64,000 nt of DNA from an uncultured archaeon. Its GTDB lineage: Archaea; Asgardarchaeota; Lokiarchaeia; Sigyniarchaeales; SOKP01. Positions 42,514 to 52,917 of this stretch are shown piece after piece; position 1 is the first letter of the stretch; every line of letters starts with the position of its first letter. The notes beneath the pieces are model-generated. The model saw only the letters and a list, made by a program, of their open reading frames with translations, made no database searches and was not told where the DNA came from. Location of the stretch: NCBI GenBank assembly GCA_964493715.1, contig CAZBPC010000002.1, forward strand, positions 64,001 through 128,000, in the 5' to 3' direction. Made by a program: the position numbers and the translations under genes.

Positions 42514-44241
42514 TCACCCCATACCATTAGCCTCTCGCATGATTTCGAACATTTCTTTTTCATCTTTTTCTGCTTCTTCTGGGAGAGCATAAATCGTACC
42601 TAATAAAGAGGCTCGATATTGAATTTTTGCTGCAAATTCCACTAGTTGTAACACTGTATATGCATGTTTTATGTCCGTTCCAATACATATATTACCATGA
42701 TTAGGTAAAAATACAGCATAATTATTTCCTAATGCTACTAAAGCCTTTTGAGAGAGTTCTTCAGTCCCTGCCATTCCATACTGTGCTACTTCGCAACCTC
42801 CAATGAATGGTATAATTTCATCAACAATAGGACCTAATGGCATCCGCGCGATTGAAAGTATAGTAGAATATGGCGCATGAGAATGTATAACAGCATTCAC
42901 ATCTCTTCTTGATTGTAATATCTTCACGTGAAGATGCTTTTCTGAAGTAGGATTTCGAATTCCCGCAATTACATTAAGATTTTTATCAATTAATACCATA
43001 TCATCTACTGTCATATCTTCATAGGGAACTGTACTTGGAGTTAAAAGAAATCCATCTTCTCCGTTTGGTAATTTAATTCGCATTGATATATTACCCGCTG
43101 TACCTACAATAAAACCTTTCTCGACCATAGTTTTACAAACGTTAAGGATTTCATTACTTTCTGTTTTATAACCGGATAAGGTTAATGGGATCTCTTTTCC
43201 TTTCTCTGGGAGGTTGTATCTATCAGCAGAATATCCCGGTAGCACTTCTGGATTTAGAATGTTAGAAGGGATTTCATTATTCATTAATTTTTCTATATCC
43301 TTAACAATCATCATACTATGGTTCTGATTTGTCTCAAAGGTGTTACCTCCTATATGGGGAGTTACAATTACGTTTTCTAATTGGAGGAATTCATTATATT
43401 GATCTACAGGTTCTACATTGAATACATCTATAGCAGCACCCGCAATTTTTTTTGCTTTAAGAGCTTGATAAAGAGCATCCTCATCCGTTATAGATGCACG
43501 TCCAAGATTTATAAAAAATGCACTTGATTTCATTAAATCTATTTGTTCTTGCCCTACAAGTCCATCAGTTTCATCCGTGGGGGAACAATGAATTGAAATA
43601 ATATCAGATTTTGCCATTAAAGTATTTAAATCAACCAGTTCTCCATTGATATATCTCAACCTTGATTCTTGAACATAGGGATCATAGATTAAAAATTCAA
43701 CTTCAAAACATTTCAAGCGTTTTGCTACTTCAAATCCAACGTTTCCTAATCCAATAATGCCAATAATTTTACCCTTTAACTCATTTCCTTTAAATTGGTT
43801 GTAATAATCAACATAATCAGTAAAGTCATCAACTTTAAATTGATTAGAATGTAGTATCTGTGATATTTTATGCACTCTTCGCATTAAAGCAAGCATAAGA
43901 GTAATAGTCATCTCAGCAACAGCATTTTTATTCCTACCAGGTGTAAAAAGTACAGGAATCCCCTTTTCTGTAGCAGTAAATAGGTCTATATTATTTGGAT
44001 CATCACGAGTAGAGCCAATAATTTTAAGATCAACATTTTCTATAACATCCTTCTTAACATTATCACCCTCACATATTAAGATTTCTGCATTATTCTCCTT
44101 TAACTTACTTACTAATTCTTTAGCATCGAAATACATGTTCCTTGTATCACGCCAGCTTTCATAAAAAACCTCATCTTGTAATAAATCTTTCAGTTTTTGT
44201 ATTGATTCTGGAGTCATTTGAGCTGTAATAAATGCCTTCAT
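42514..44241 (-). CDS. Fusion of D-2-hydroxyacid dehydrogenase and class II aldolase
   Basis: N part AVAEMT, GIIGLGNVG, INLGR, VTPHIGG; C part GTAGNIS, PTSEKHLH, VIHSH, LPNHG. Confidence 0.9.
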   Translation of the reverse strand: MKAFITAQMTPESIQKLKDLLQDEVFYESWRDTRNMYFDAKELVSKLKENNAEILICEGDNVKKDVIENVDLKIIGSTRDDPNNIDLFTATEKGIPVLFTPGRNKNAVAEMTITLMLALMRRVHKISQILHSNQFKVDDFTDYVDYYNQFKGNELKGKIIGIIGLGNVGFEVAKRLKCFEVEFLIYDPYVQESRLRYINGELVDLNTLMAKSDIISIHCSPTDETDGLVGQEQIDLMKSSAFFINLGRASITDEDALYQALKAKKIAGAAIDVFNVEPVDQYNEFLQLENVIVTPHIGGNTFETNQNHSMMIVKDIEKLMNNEIPSNILNPEVLPGYSADRYNLPEKGKEIPLTLSGYKTESNEILNVCKTMVEKGFIVGTAGNISMRIKLPNGEDGFLLTPSTVPYEDMTVDDMVLIDKNLNVIAGIRNPTSEKHLHVKILQSRRDVNAVIHSHAPYSTILSIARMPLGPIVDEIIPFIGGCEVAQYGMAGTEELSQKALVALGNNYAVFLPNHGNICIGTDIKHAYTVLQLVEFAAKIQYRASLLGTIYALPEEAEKDEKEMFEIMREANGMG

Positions 44242-44266
44242 TTACATTACCATTAACATATTCTAT

Positions 44267-45082
44267 TTAGAACATTAACTTACGTAATTTTAAAAGATTT
44301 TTCATCTTCCCTTTAACTTCAAGTCCTCCACTACTATAGGCTTTGATAGGATTAATTTGTTTTGCCATTATTTTAATGTATAGGCCTGAATCTAAAATTA
44401 CTTGCACAGCAGCATCCTCTTCAAAACCTTCCTCTAAAATAATTCCTTGATCTTTATTGATCTTAAACAAGTATGATCTTTCAAGGTCTGGAAATGTCAT
44501 CATTAGCGTATTTTGCCAATCACTAAACACTTTGGATACATTTGGGTTATTATATCGATCTACGATCTTTTGTAATGCTTCTTCGAGTGAAATATCAAGA
44601 ACTGTATTTTGTGGGTTTTCCACTTTTTTAACTACTGGAACTGTTTCTTTAGAAACAATTTGTGGAGTTGATATTTGTTGTTTTGGACTTGGAAAACTAC
44701 TCTTCATGGATTCAGTTTCAATCACAGGTATGCTAGGTCTAATAACTCGTAAACCTCCACCAATACCAGATAATTGATCTTTATTTTTCTCCAAACTTAA
44801 ATCCCTCCCCTCAAGAAAAAGATCGATAATGTTTTTAATTTTAATCATTATTAATAAGGATTCAAAAGCTCCTAAAGATATCAAAATAAATCCAAATATA
44901 ATCATTAGCATCACAAGATTTTGAAATAATTCATTTGTAATAATCACAGTATATTGCTCAAAACTAATAAAAAACCCAATCAAAATTAGAAATATCCCAA
45001 CTAAGAATAATGATAATAGAGCGGTTATTAAATAAGCATTTAGCGCTTGAATGATACCTTTTTGTTTATTTGAAGAAATCAT
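44267..45082 (-). CDS. Membrane-anchored SCP2 (sterol carrier-like) domain protein
   Basis: Two N-terminal TM helices, low-complexity linker, C-terminal INPIKAYSSGGLEVKG.MKNLLKL SCP2-type motif. Confidence 0.72.
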   Translation of the reverse strand: MISSNKQKGIIQALNAYLITALLSLFLVGIFLILIGFFISFEQYTVIITNELFQNLVMLMIIFGFILISLGAFESLLIMIKIKNIIDLFLEGRDLSLEKNKDQLSGIGGGLRVIRPSIPVIETESMKSSFPSPKQQISTPQIVSKETVPVVKKVENPQNTVLDISLEEALQKIVDRYNNPNVSKVFSDWQNTLMMTFPDLERSYLFKINKDQGIILEEGFEEDAAVQVILDSGLYIKIMAKQINPIKAYSSGGLEVKGKMKNLLKLRKLMF

Positions 45083-45156
45083 CGATTTGTATATAGTTGT
45101 TTATTATTTAATTTATTTATGAACATAAACATTTAAGCTAATAAATTTGTATTTAA

Positions 45157-46737
45157 TCATCCCAAACGGTATTTGTAATATTGTTGATAAATATTTAACC
45201 AACTATTATATCTACTAACTAATTTCTGTATCATCAATTTTCGTGGTTCAAATTTATTTATGAGTTTTAGTTCATAATTTCGAGATTTGAGATCATCCAA
45301 TGATCTTATTCTATTTGCAGCAACATCACACAACACAAGCATTCCTTGGATAGAGCATTCATAATTAGTAGATGAGATAATAGGAGATTGGAGAAGGTCT
45401 GAAAATCGTTGTAAAAGGGTCAAATTTCGAGTAATCCCTCCCATAAATGCATAAAACGGATTCTGAATTTTTGCTAGTTTAATGAGATATTCAATATTTC
45501 GCATTATGGCAAACTGTATATTATCGAAAACTGCAGCAATAAATGCATTCTTTTTATGAAAAACCTCTTCCACACCTCCAGGACTTTCAAAATGAAAAAA
45601 TCCAGGTGGAAGGCCCATTTGAGTGCTTGCAAATGGTGAAGGACCAAGTAAAGAATATACTGACGATTCTCTTATTTGGTCTGAAGTTGCTTGTAATTCG
45701 AATTGGTCATAATGTTCAAATGCTTCATCTAATTTTTGAAATTTTTGTTTTGAGGTCGAACTCTCTTCTCCATAAAATAAATTTGCCGCCCATTTCAATA
45801 ACTGTCCTGTTATTCCAGTACTAGCCTCTAAATAATAATGATCGAATAAGTCCTTACAAGCAAATATTCCACTCCATGTTTTTTCCTCGGGATCAAAATA
45901 AGGGTTTTTTGTTACTGCTTGCACTGGTGAAGTAGTGCCTAAAACAGCCCCAATTGAGCCTATTTCCATGCATTGGCAACCTAACAATGCTGCTTGAGTA
46001 TCTGAAATTCCTGCAACCAATTGAACTTCAGAATTAAGGTCAAGTTCTTTTTGATACTGCTCAGAGACCGTACCAATTATTTCACCTGGTAAAACTGGCC
46101 ATGGAAAAAAATATTCTGGTAAATCAAGAAGATCCTCCCAAGCAGGATGCCATAATTTTGTTTCTATATCAAAGAATCCAGATTCTCCTGCGCTGGTTAT
46201 ATTGGCATGAATCTCGCCCCCAAATTTTACCAAAATCCAACTATCCATAGGAAGGTATTGTGAAATCTTATGGTACCTCTCCTCTTCTTTTTTCTCTTCT
46301 TTAAAATATTTATATCGAGCTGGTAAAAATAATAAAGAGGGAAAATGTCCAGAACTCTCATAAAATGATTTTCCCGTTCTTTCTAAGAATTCTTTGTCAA
46401 TTTCTTCGGCATAATCGATTCCCCTAAGTTCAAAACTTGCTCCAATATAAACAGCATTATTGTTTTCATCAGTAAATACGCAACTTGGACGCATTGAGGT
46501 GGCAGTAATATATTTTAAGTCTTTTGGATTAATTTTTGCAGCATTTATAGTAACTTTTGTAAGCTCAATCAAATTATTCCAATAATTCTTGTAATTCCAT
46601 TCACGGTGGAAGCCATCCTTACTTTGAACAATTTTGCTTCTCCAAGATTTTAAAGCGATAATGTTCCCTGAATCATCTGCTATTGCACACTTCAATAGAG
46701 TACTGCCAGAATCATAAACCATCCGATATTCTGTCAT
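45157..46737 (-). CDS. FGGY carbohydrate kinase (LsrK-like)
   Basis: DSGSTLLKC, TSMRPS, GISDTQAALLG, GTTSP. Confidence 0.85.
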   Translation of the reverse strand: MTEYRMVYDSGSTLLKCAIADDSGNIIALKSWRSKIVQSKDGFHREWNYKNYWNNLIELTKVTINAAKINPKDLKYITATSMRPSCVFTDENNNAVYIGASFELRGIDYAEEIDKEFLERTGKSFYESSGHFPSLLFLPARYKYFKEEKKEEERYHKISQYLPMDSWILVKFGGEIHANITSAGESGFFDIETKLWHPAWEDLLDLPEYFFPWPVLPGEIIGTVSEQYQKELDLNSEVQLVAGISDTQAALLGCQCMEIGSIGAVLGTTSPVQAVTKNPYFDPEEKTWSGIFACKDLFDHYYLEASTGITGQLLKWAANLFYGEESSTSKQKFQKLDEAFEHYDQFELQATSDQIRESSVYSLLGPSPFASTQMGLPPGFFHFESPGGVEEVFHKKNAFIAAVFDNIQFAIMRNIEYLIKLAKIQNPFYAFMGGITRNLTLLQRFSDLLQSPIISSTNYECSIQGMLVLCDVAANRIRSLDDLKSRNYELKLINKFEPRKLMIQKLVSRYNSWLNIYQQYYKYRLG

Positions 46738-46828
46738 CGTTTTACCACTATTAAAAAATTAAAATATTTTATTCTATATTAAGAATATTTCCTATATCTA
46801 ATTCTAACAAATAAACATAGATTAATAT

Positions 46829-47182
46829 TTACTGATAAAGTACACAAACCATTATTGTAAAACCCCAGGGTGAATTTTCCTTTTCATAAATCAAGCTTTT
46901 GACTTCTTCATGCGGGGCTATTCCGGTATTATCTGAAAATAATTTCCAAGCAAGTTTTCCTATTATTTCTTCTTCCTGCAAGATTTCAAGAAAATTCTGC
47001 TTAATTCCCCCCCAATATATCCGCTTTACGTCCATAATTTCCTTTAATTCAGATAATTCCATTAATCCTGCAAAAATGAGATTTTCTGTAACATTAGAGA
47101 AATGTGTAATAAAATTAGCTGAAACATCTTGAGGGGATCCCTCATTTCGATCATATAAAAATACTAATCCAATCGCTTTCAT
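46829..47182 (-). CDS. Hypothetical protein
   Basis: 117 aa ATG-started ORF filling the gap; no motif recognised. Confidence 0.6.
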   Translation of the reverse strand: MKAIGLVFLYDRNEGSPQDVSANFITHFSNVTENLIFAGLMELSELKEIMDVKRIYWGGIKQNFLEILQEEEIIGKLAWKLFSDNTGIAPHEEVKSLIYEKENSPWGFTIMVCVLYQ

Positions 47183-47409
47183 GATGTTATAGAAATGAAT
47201 TATGTTAATTATATTCAGTAATTTAGAGTAATTATAACTTGAGGTTATTATTTAAAACTTCTTATCCAAAAAGTAAACCATAAAGTAAAAATCAGAAAAT
47301 ATTTGTTTATACAATTATATTTTATTATCAAAGCAAATAAGGTATTATTAATATTTATGAAATGAATTAATAACCTTACTTACCTGAAATTAATAATTAA
47401 GTTGATTAC

Positions 47410-47865
47410 ATGTCAGAAATAATGGATAAATTTATTGGAAAACTTTATGATAAAGCTGAAATTGAAAATTGGAATTTACCAGAAAAGACTAAGGAACAAA
47501 TTGGTCTAAAAGAAAATAAGTACTTTTTTTTAACCTCTTCACGAGAGGAAAAACACGGAATGAGGCATGTACATTTCTCCATATATCCAACAAAGTATGA
47601 AAAGGTTTATTTTATTTTTGTTAAATTGCCAGAAATTAAGCCTCAAATATTGAGCAATGTATTAAATTATTTAAAAAAGTCTAATTTTGATATATTCAAC
47701 TCAACGGGTTTTTGCTCTCAGGAAAATACCTGCTTTTTCGGTATATACTTCTCCTTTTATGAAGATCTTAATAAAGGCAAAATAATTGGAGATGTGGGTG
47801 AATTTAAAAACATCCAAGAAGTTAAATTATTTAAATATACTTGTATAGGATGTAATGAAGAATAA
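47410..47865 (+). CDS. Hypothetical protein, C-terminal ACT-like domain possible
   Basis: 151 aa; PQILSNVL..LKK..DIFNSTGFC pattern resembles ACT-like folds (inference). Confidence 0.55.
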   Translation: MSEIMDKFIGKLYDKAEIENWNLPEKTKEQIGLKENKYFFLTSSREEKHGMRHVHFSIYPTKYEKVYFIFVKLPEIKPQILSNVLNYLKKSNFDIFNSTGFCSQENTCFFGIYFSFYEDLNKGKIIGDVGEFKNIQEVKLFKYTCIGCNEE

Positions 47866-48291
47866 TTACCAAAACGCTTTTTGGAATTTTTGAATCGTTT
47901 CTTCCAAACTGTCCTCGATTTCTTTTTCAAAATCATGGAAAATTGCTACATCTCCTTCCCACGTTTCCAAGATTTCTATTGGATATAAATCGAAAAAATG
48001 GTCAACTATTGATTGCAATTCTTCAATTACTTTTTTCATTTTGATTTTATTAGAAGAACTTGCCACGAATAGTATGTCATATTTCCTTATTAGAGTATAT
48101 CTTTTGTCTTGTAATTCAAAATTAGAAAGCCCCTCATTTGTTAATTCTTCTGCGAAGGAATTTAAAGCACTCATAAGTCCCCCAAATAGCTGATCATCAA
48201 ATTTTTCATTAAAAATACGATGATATAGCACGATACCTCCTTCCGAAATTATATAGAGATCTTGCAAGACCTTAACCAAGATATTCACCAA
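47866..48291 (-). CDS. Longin/roadblock-like small protein (Asgard type)
   Basis: LYIISEGGIVLY...QLFGGLMSALNSFAEEL...F..FEKEI pattern typical of Asgard longin-like proteins. Confidence 0.7.
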   Translation of the reverse strand: MVNILVKVLQDLYIISEGGIVLYHRIFNEKFDDQLFGGLMSALNSFAEELTNEGLSNFELQDKRYTLIRKYDILFVASSSNKIKMKKVIEELQSIVDHFFDLYPIEILETWEGDVAIFHDFEKEIEDSLEETIQKFQKAFW

Positions 48292-48379
48292 AAAAATTGA
48301 TGTATGAATATTATATTTTGAAAACGTCTTAAATTTATAGTTACAAAATTAAAATTAAAAAAAAATTTTTCGCTAGTAT

Positions 48380-49123
48380 TTATTCGCTTGTTTTTGGCCG
48401 AATATACCCAAAATATGACGCTATCATTCCTAACAACACGAAAATCCACGCTAAAAAATAAAACGGAGAAAATCCAGGTCCACCAAAAAGGATTAATAGT
48501 CTATCGATCAAAAAATTAAACGGTACTAGTATATAAAAGATGGACATCAAAGCTAATGATATAAATGCATTTTTGAAAGTTTTCCCTTCAGCTAACTTGA
48601 AAGATTTATATGAACTTATAAAGAATGGAACATAAATCATTGCCATGAATAGGAATATCAACAAGAATGCGAATGCATCCAGCAGAGTATTTCCTCTTTC
48701 ATATACTAGCAAACTGAATGTTAAAGTGATAATCCCGTAAATAATCACGATTATCTTATGAACTCGATTGTATCCCTTTTCGAAAACATTTACTTTCAAA
48801 ACATAGGATATAAAAATAGCAATAGTTAGGAAGAAAAAACTAAATCGAAAATCAGTGATTCTCAAAACGAACCAAGACTGTATAGTTCCCGGATCAGCAA
48901 GAGTAGTATTGTAAATGTATTCTACTCCCGAATATAATACTAGAACTTTAGATAACCATGAAAAGATTATAGCAATCATGTAAAACAAGAATATCAAGAA
49001 TAAGTATAGAGTAAATTGGTGTTTTTTTTGGAAATATTTCATTAATATTAAACCAAGTATAAATGCAGCTATGATAATAATCGTTGTTTCAAATACCATG
49101 CCAATGAATATTAAATCGGGCAT
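48380..49123 (-). CDS. Hypothetical 7-TM membrane protein
   Basis: 247 aa with about seven hydrophobic segments. Confidence 0.7.
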   Translation of the reverse strand: MPDLIFIGMVFETTIIIIAAFILGLILMKYFQKKHQFTLYLFLIFLFYMIAIIFSWLSKVLVLYSGVEYIYNTTLADPGTIQSWFVLRITDFRFSFFFLTIAIFISYVLKVNVFEKGYNRVHKIIVIIYGIITLTFSLLVYERGNTLLDAFAFLLIFLFMAMIYVPFFISSYKSFKLAEGKTFKNAFISLALMSIFYILVPFNFLIDRLLILFGGPGFSPFYFLAWIFVLLGMIASYFGYIRPKTSE

Positions 49124-49316
49124 ATTAAAATCATAAAATTTGCATTATTTATACTTTAAGTTTACCAAATAAAATAATTCAAGTTGGATTAAAACTTTAG
49201 TATAAATATTATAATATTAATTTAAAACATTTTTTTGATTCCGAACCACATCAAAAATTTTATTGCTTTTTCAATATTTTAAGCTATTGTATCAATAAAT
49301 CTATTATACCTCCAAT

Positions 49317-50240
49317 ATGATATCCACTATGACAACATACCATCAGGAATTGAAATTAGCAACCGAAATTGTAAATACAGCTTCAAAAATAACTGAATGG
49401 TTTAGAAATGTTGGTTTCCAATCTTTTCAGAAAGAGGATGATTCTCCTGTAACTATCGCTGATTATGCGAGTCAAATATATATAATTAATAAGATCTCGG
49501 AACAATTTCCCGAAGATCAAATAATTGCTGAAGAAGATGATAATTCTTTTTTTGATAATGAAGTAAAAAGATCGATTAATTCTTGTTATAAATCTTTAAA
49601 TATTGGAGAAAATATCAATATTGAAAAAGCAATAATCGCGAAAGATAACAAAAAAACCTCCCGTCAGTGGACAATAGATCCAATTGATGGTACAAAAGGG
49701 TTCCAGAAAGGATTATCATATGCAATAGGTATAGGGTTTATGATAAATTCCGATCCAAAAATATGTGCAATCGCAGTTCCAAACTATAAGAAATATGGTA
49801 AAGCAATTTTTATCGCTGAAAAAGATAACGGTAGTAAAGTTGCTATTGAAGCTTTAAAGTTCAAAAAAATTAAAGTAAGTAATCAATTTCAGCTTAAACA
49901 AGCTAAATTGTGCCATTCATTGCACTATGATGAACCTTGGGTTATGGATTTTGCATCACGGGCGGAAATAACAAATTTCATTCAAATAGACAGTATGGTT
50001 AAATTTTGCATGGTTGCCGATGGAACTGCTGACTTGTATGTAAAACCAATGAATCCAAGTAGATCTTTTGTTTGGGATTTCCTTCCTGGAATCTTGTTAG
50101 TGCAAGAAGCTGGAGGAACTGTTACTGATTTGCGTGGAAACTCAATTGAATTTAATGATGATAAATGCATACTAACAACACCCGGATTGATCGCATCTAA
50201 TTCTATAATCCATAGTGATATTATAGCAAAATTAGCGTGA
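49317..50240 (+). CDS. Inositol monophosphatase family, 3'(2'),5'-bisphosphate nucleotidase-like
   Basis: KEDDSPVTIADY, AEE, WTIDPIDGTKGF, VWD...VQEAGG.VTD. Confidence 0.9.
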   Translation: MISTMTTYHQELKLATEIVNTASKITEWFRNVGFQSFQKEDDSPVTIADYASQIYIINKISEQFPEDQIIAEEDDNSFFDNEVKRSINSCYKSLNIGENINIEKAIIAKDNKKTSRQWTIDPIDGTKGFQKGLSYAIGIGFMINSDPKICAIAVPNYKKYGKAIFIAEKDNGSKVAIEALKFKKIKVSNQFQLKQAKLCHSLHYDEPWVMDFASRAEITNFIQIDSMVKFCMVADGTADLYVKPMNPSRSFVWDFLPGILLVQEAGGTVTDLRGNSIEFNDDKCILTTPGLIASNSIIHSDIIAKLA

Positions 50241-50264
50241 TCTGAAATTTTTAAGAAAAATGGT

Positions 50265-51353
50265 TTACCCTTTTAAATAACTAAGTAAATCTTTTTGAAT
50301 AATGGTTGATCTCGAAATCAAATTCGATAATTTGATTCCAACTAATCTAATTTTACGTTTGTCATTGGAAAATTCTTTAAACAATTCGAGAATTATCTTG
50401 ATTGTTTTTTCCTTGTTTTGTGTATGATTTGGAAGCGTCTTAGATCGAGTAAATGTTAAAAAACCTTCCAGTCGAATTTTTAAAGTAATTGTCTTATAGG
50501 AAATATTATCATTCTTGACTTTTTTATGGAGTTTTTCATTAATTTCATCAAATTTTGTTAATATCTCTTGAAAATCATTTGTATCTTTAAAAAATGTTCT
50601 CTCCTTGCTTATCGATTTTCTTTCCCTCATTGAATTCTTTACTTCTCTTTTATCCATTCCATTCGCAATATCCCAAACCCATTTTCCATTTTTTCCGAAT
50701 TTTTCTATCATTCTGTGAAGGGGAGTATTAATTATGTCTCCGATAACTTTAATTCCTTGGTTATTATAATATTCTTTGGATTTTTTTCCAATTCCAGGAA
50801 TGCGAGTAATATCCAAGGGTGATAAGAATTCCTTGAATTTCTCTGGTTTTACAATAGTGATACCATTAGGCTTTTTAAAATCTGAAGCTATTTTTGCAAT
50901 TGATTTAGTAGGAGCACATCCAATTGATAGGGTTATTCCCACCTCATCTAAAACTCTACTTTGAATTTCTTTTGCAACAATGAATGCATCCTCATAAGTT
51001 CTGCAGTTTTCAGAGATATCTATATATGCTTCATCAATACTAACTTGCTGAAAAATTGAACTGACTGAATTTATGATTCCCATTACCTTTTCTGAAGCTT
51101 CTTGGTATTTTGTAAAATCAGGACGTAAATATATACCATAAGGGCATTTTTTATATGCAATTGAAATTGGCATTGCGGAGTGAAGACCATATTTTCTCGC
51201 TTCATAATTACACGTAGAAACCACTCCCCTTCCTTTTCCAGCTTTAGGATCTGCTCCAACTATAACGGGCTTATCTTTATAATCTGGATTATCTCTAACC
51301 TCAACAGCAGCGAAAAAAGCATCCAAATCGCAATGTAGGATTATTTGATTCAT
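50265..51353 (-). CDS. dinB: DNA polymerase IV (Y family)
   Basis: HCDLDAFFAAVE, CNYEARKYG, SIDEAYID, AKIASDFKKPNG, IPGIGKK. Confidence 0.96.
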   Translation of the reverse strand: MNQIILHCDLDAFFAAVEVRDNPDYKDKPVIVGADPKAGKGRGVVSTCNYEARKYGLHSAMPISIAYKKCPYGIYLRPDFTKYQEASEKVMGIINSVSSIFQQVSIDEAYIDISENCRTYEDAFIVAKEIQSRVLDEVGITLSIGCAPTKSIAKIASDFKKPNGITIVKPEKFKEFLSPLDITRIPGIGKKSKEYYNNQGIKVIGDIINTPLHRMIEKFGKNGKWVWDIANGMDKREVKNSMRERKSISKERTFFKDTNDFQEILTKFDEINEKLHKKVKNDNISYKTITLKIRLEGFLTFTRSKTLPNHTQNKEKTIKIILELFKEFSNDKRKIRLVGIKLSNLISRSTIIQKDLLSYLKG

Positions 51354-51507
51354 ATTTTTAATTAGAGGAATTAATAACCAATTTCACAAGCATAAAGTGT
51401 TTTTATTAATATAAAAAATGCCTCATCAAGAATTTTTTAATTTGGAAAGTTTAGTATTTATTGGACATAAGCAAAATCTATTTATTTCAAATATTAAAAT
51501 CAAATAT

Positions 51508-52185
51508 ATGAGTTTAATTGATGAAGATCAAATGCGTTTAGTGATAGTGAACGCATCAAAAAAGATATATAGCAGAGGATTAGTTCAAGCAGGAGAGGGT
51601 AATTTAAGCCTTAGAATCCCTGGTAAAAATGAAATGTTTATCACTCCTACTTACAATACTTATGAAGACTTACAAAAAGCAAATTTAGTGCAAATCAATT
51701 TTGATGGCATCCTTGTAAATTCCACGAGACAACCCTCTTCAGAATACAGATTACATGTTGATTTATATAAAGCGCGTCCCAAGGTGATGGCAATCATCCA
51801 CACTCACTCACCCTATGCTACAATGCTTTCTGTTGCTAGAATGAAAATTCCAGTTTTAATTGAAGAGCAAGTCATATTTCTTGGTGGTCATATCGATGTT
51901 TCCGAGTTTGCTTCTGCCCATACTGAAGAATTTAGTAATAATGCAATAAAAGGACTAGGAACAAGAAATGCAACTTTGATGGCTAATCATGGAGTTCTAG
52001 CTTGTGGTAAATCAATGAGTGACGCTATTAAAATGGCAGAATTAGTAGAAAAATTAGCTTGGATTTATTATGGTGCAAAATTAATGGGTGGTCCCGTAAG
52101 TATTTCTGATAAATCTTGCCCTATGTTTATTGAAGTGTTTGAAGAAAAATTTGCCACACATGAAAAGTTAATTAGTGATTGTTAG
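51508..52185 (+). CDS. Class II aldolase/adducin family (FucA-like)
   Basis: GEGNLS, PSSEYRLH, IIHTHS, MANHG. Confidence 0.92.
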   Translation: MSLIDEDQMRLVIVNASKKIYSRGLVQAGEGNLSLRIPGKNEMFITPTYNTYEDLQKANLVQINFDGILVNSTRQPSSEYRLHVDLYKARPKVMAIIHTHSPYATMLSVARMKIPVLIEEQVIFLGGHIDVSEFASAHTEEFSNNAIKGLGTRNATLMANHGVLACGKSMSDAIKMAELVEKLAWIYYGAKLMGGPVSISDKSCPMFIEVFEEKFATHEKLISDC

Positions 52186-52226
52186 GTTTGAATTAGCTTT
52201 TTTAATCTTTTTTAATTTATTTATAT

Positions 52227-52901
52227 ATGGAACCAGAAAAAATTAGGGAATTGAGAAATGCTGTTGTAGATGCCGCTAAATCGATTTTTTCTAAAGGTTT
52301 GGTTGAAAATAATGAAGGTAATGTTAGCATCCGTGTTGGGAAAAATGAAGAATATTTAATTACTCCAACCGCAAATCAATATGATACACTCACCGAAGAT
52401 CAGATTGTTCATATGGCTTTTGATGGAACTCCTTTAAGTTCTGGAAAATTGCCATCAAGTGAAACCAAACTACATACAGCAATTTTTAAATCAAGACCAA
52501 AAGTTCAATGCGTTATTCATACCCATTCAACCTTTGCCACAATGCTATCAGTTGTAAGAAAAGGTATCCCAATAATAATGGAGGAACAAATAATTTATTT
52601 AGGGGGGTCCATTGATGTGTCAAATTATGGAGAAGCTCATACTGATGATATTGGAGAAGTTGCCCTTAAAGCTTTAGGTTATAAGAATGGTGCGATATTA
52701 GCAAATCATGGAGTTATAGTATGTGGGAAATCGGCTTCTAATGCAATAAAAAACGCAGAATTAGTTGAAAAATTCGCAAAGATCTATTGGGGAAGCCTTC
52801 TTATTGGAGAGCCTCAACTCTTGATTGATGAGGATTTAGAAAGATTTCATAAAATGTTTCAACAATTATTTGCTAATTGCCCAAGAAAATTATTAAAATA
52901 A
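52227..52901 (+). CDS. Class II aldolase/adducin family (FucA-like), tandem paralog
   Basis: NEGNVS, PSSETKLH, VIHTHS, LANHG. Confidence 0.92.
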   Translation: MEPEKIRELRNAVVDAAKSIFSKGLVENNEGNVSIRVGKNEEYLITPTANQYDTLTEDQIVHMAFDGTPLSSGKLPSSETKLHTAIFKSRPKVQCVIHTHSTFATMLSVVRKGIPIIMEEQIIYLGGSIDVSNYGEAHTDDIGEVALKALGYKNGAILANHGVIVCGKSASNAIKNAELVEKFAKIYWGSLLIGEPQLLIDEDLERFHKMFQQLFANCPRKLLK

Positions 52902-52917
52902 ACCTAAAGAAGAAATC

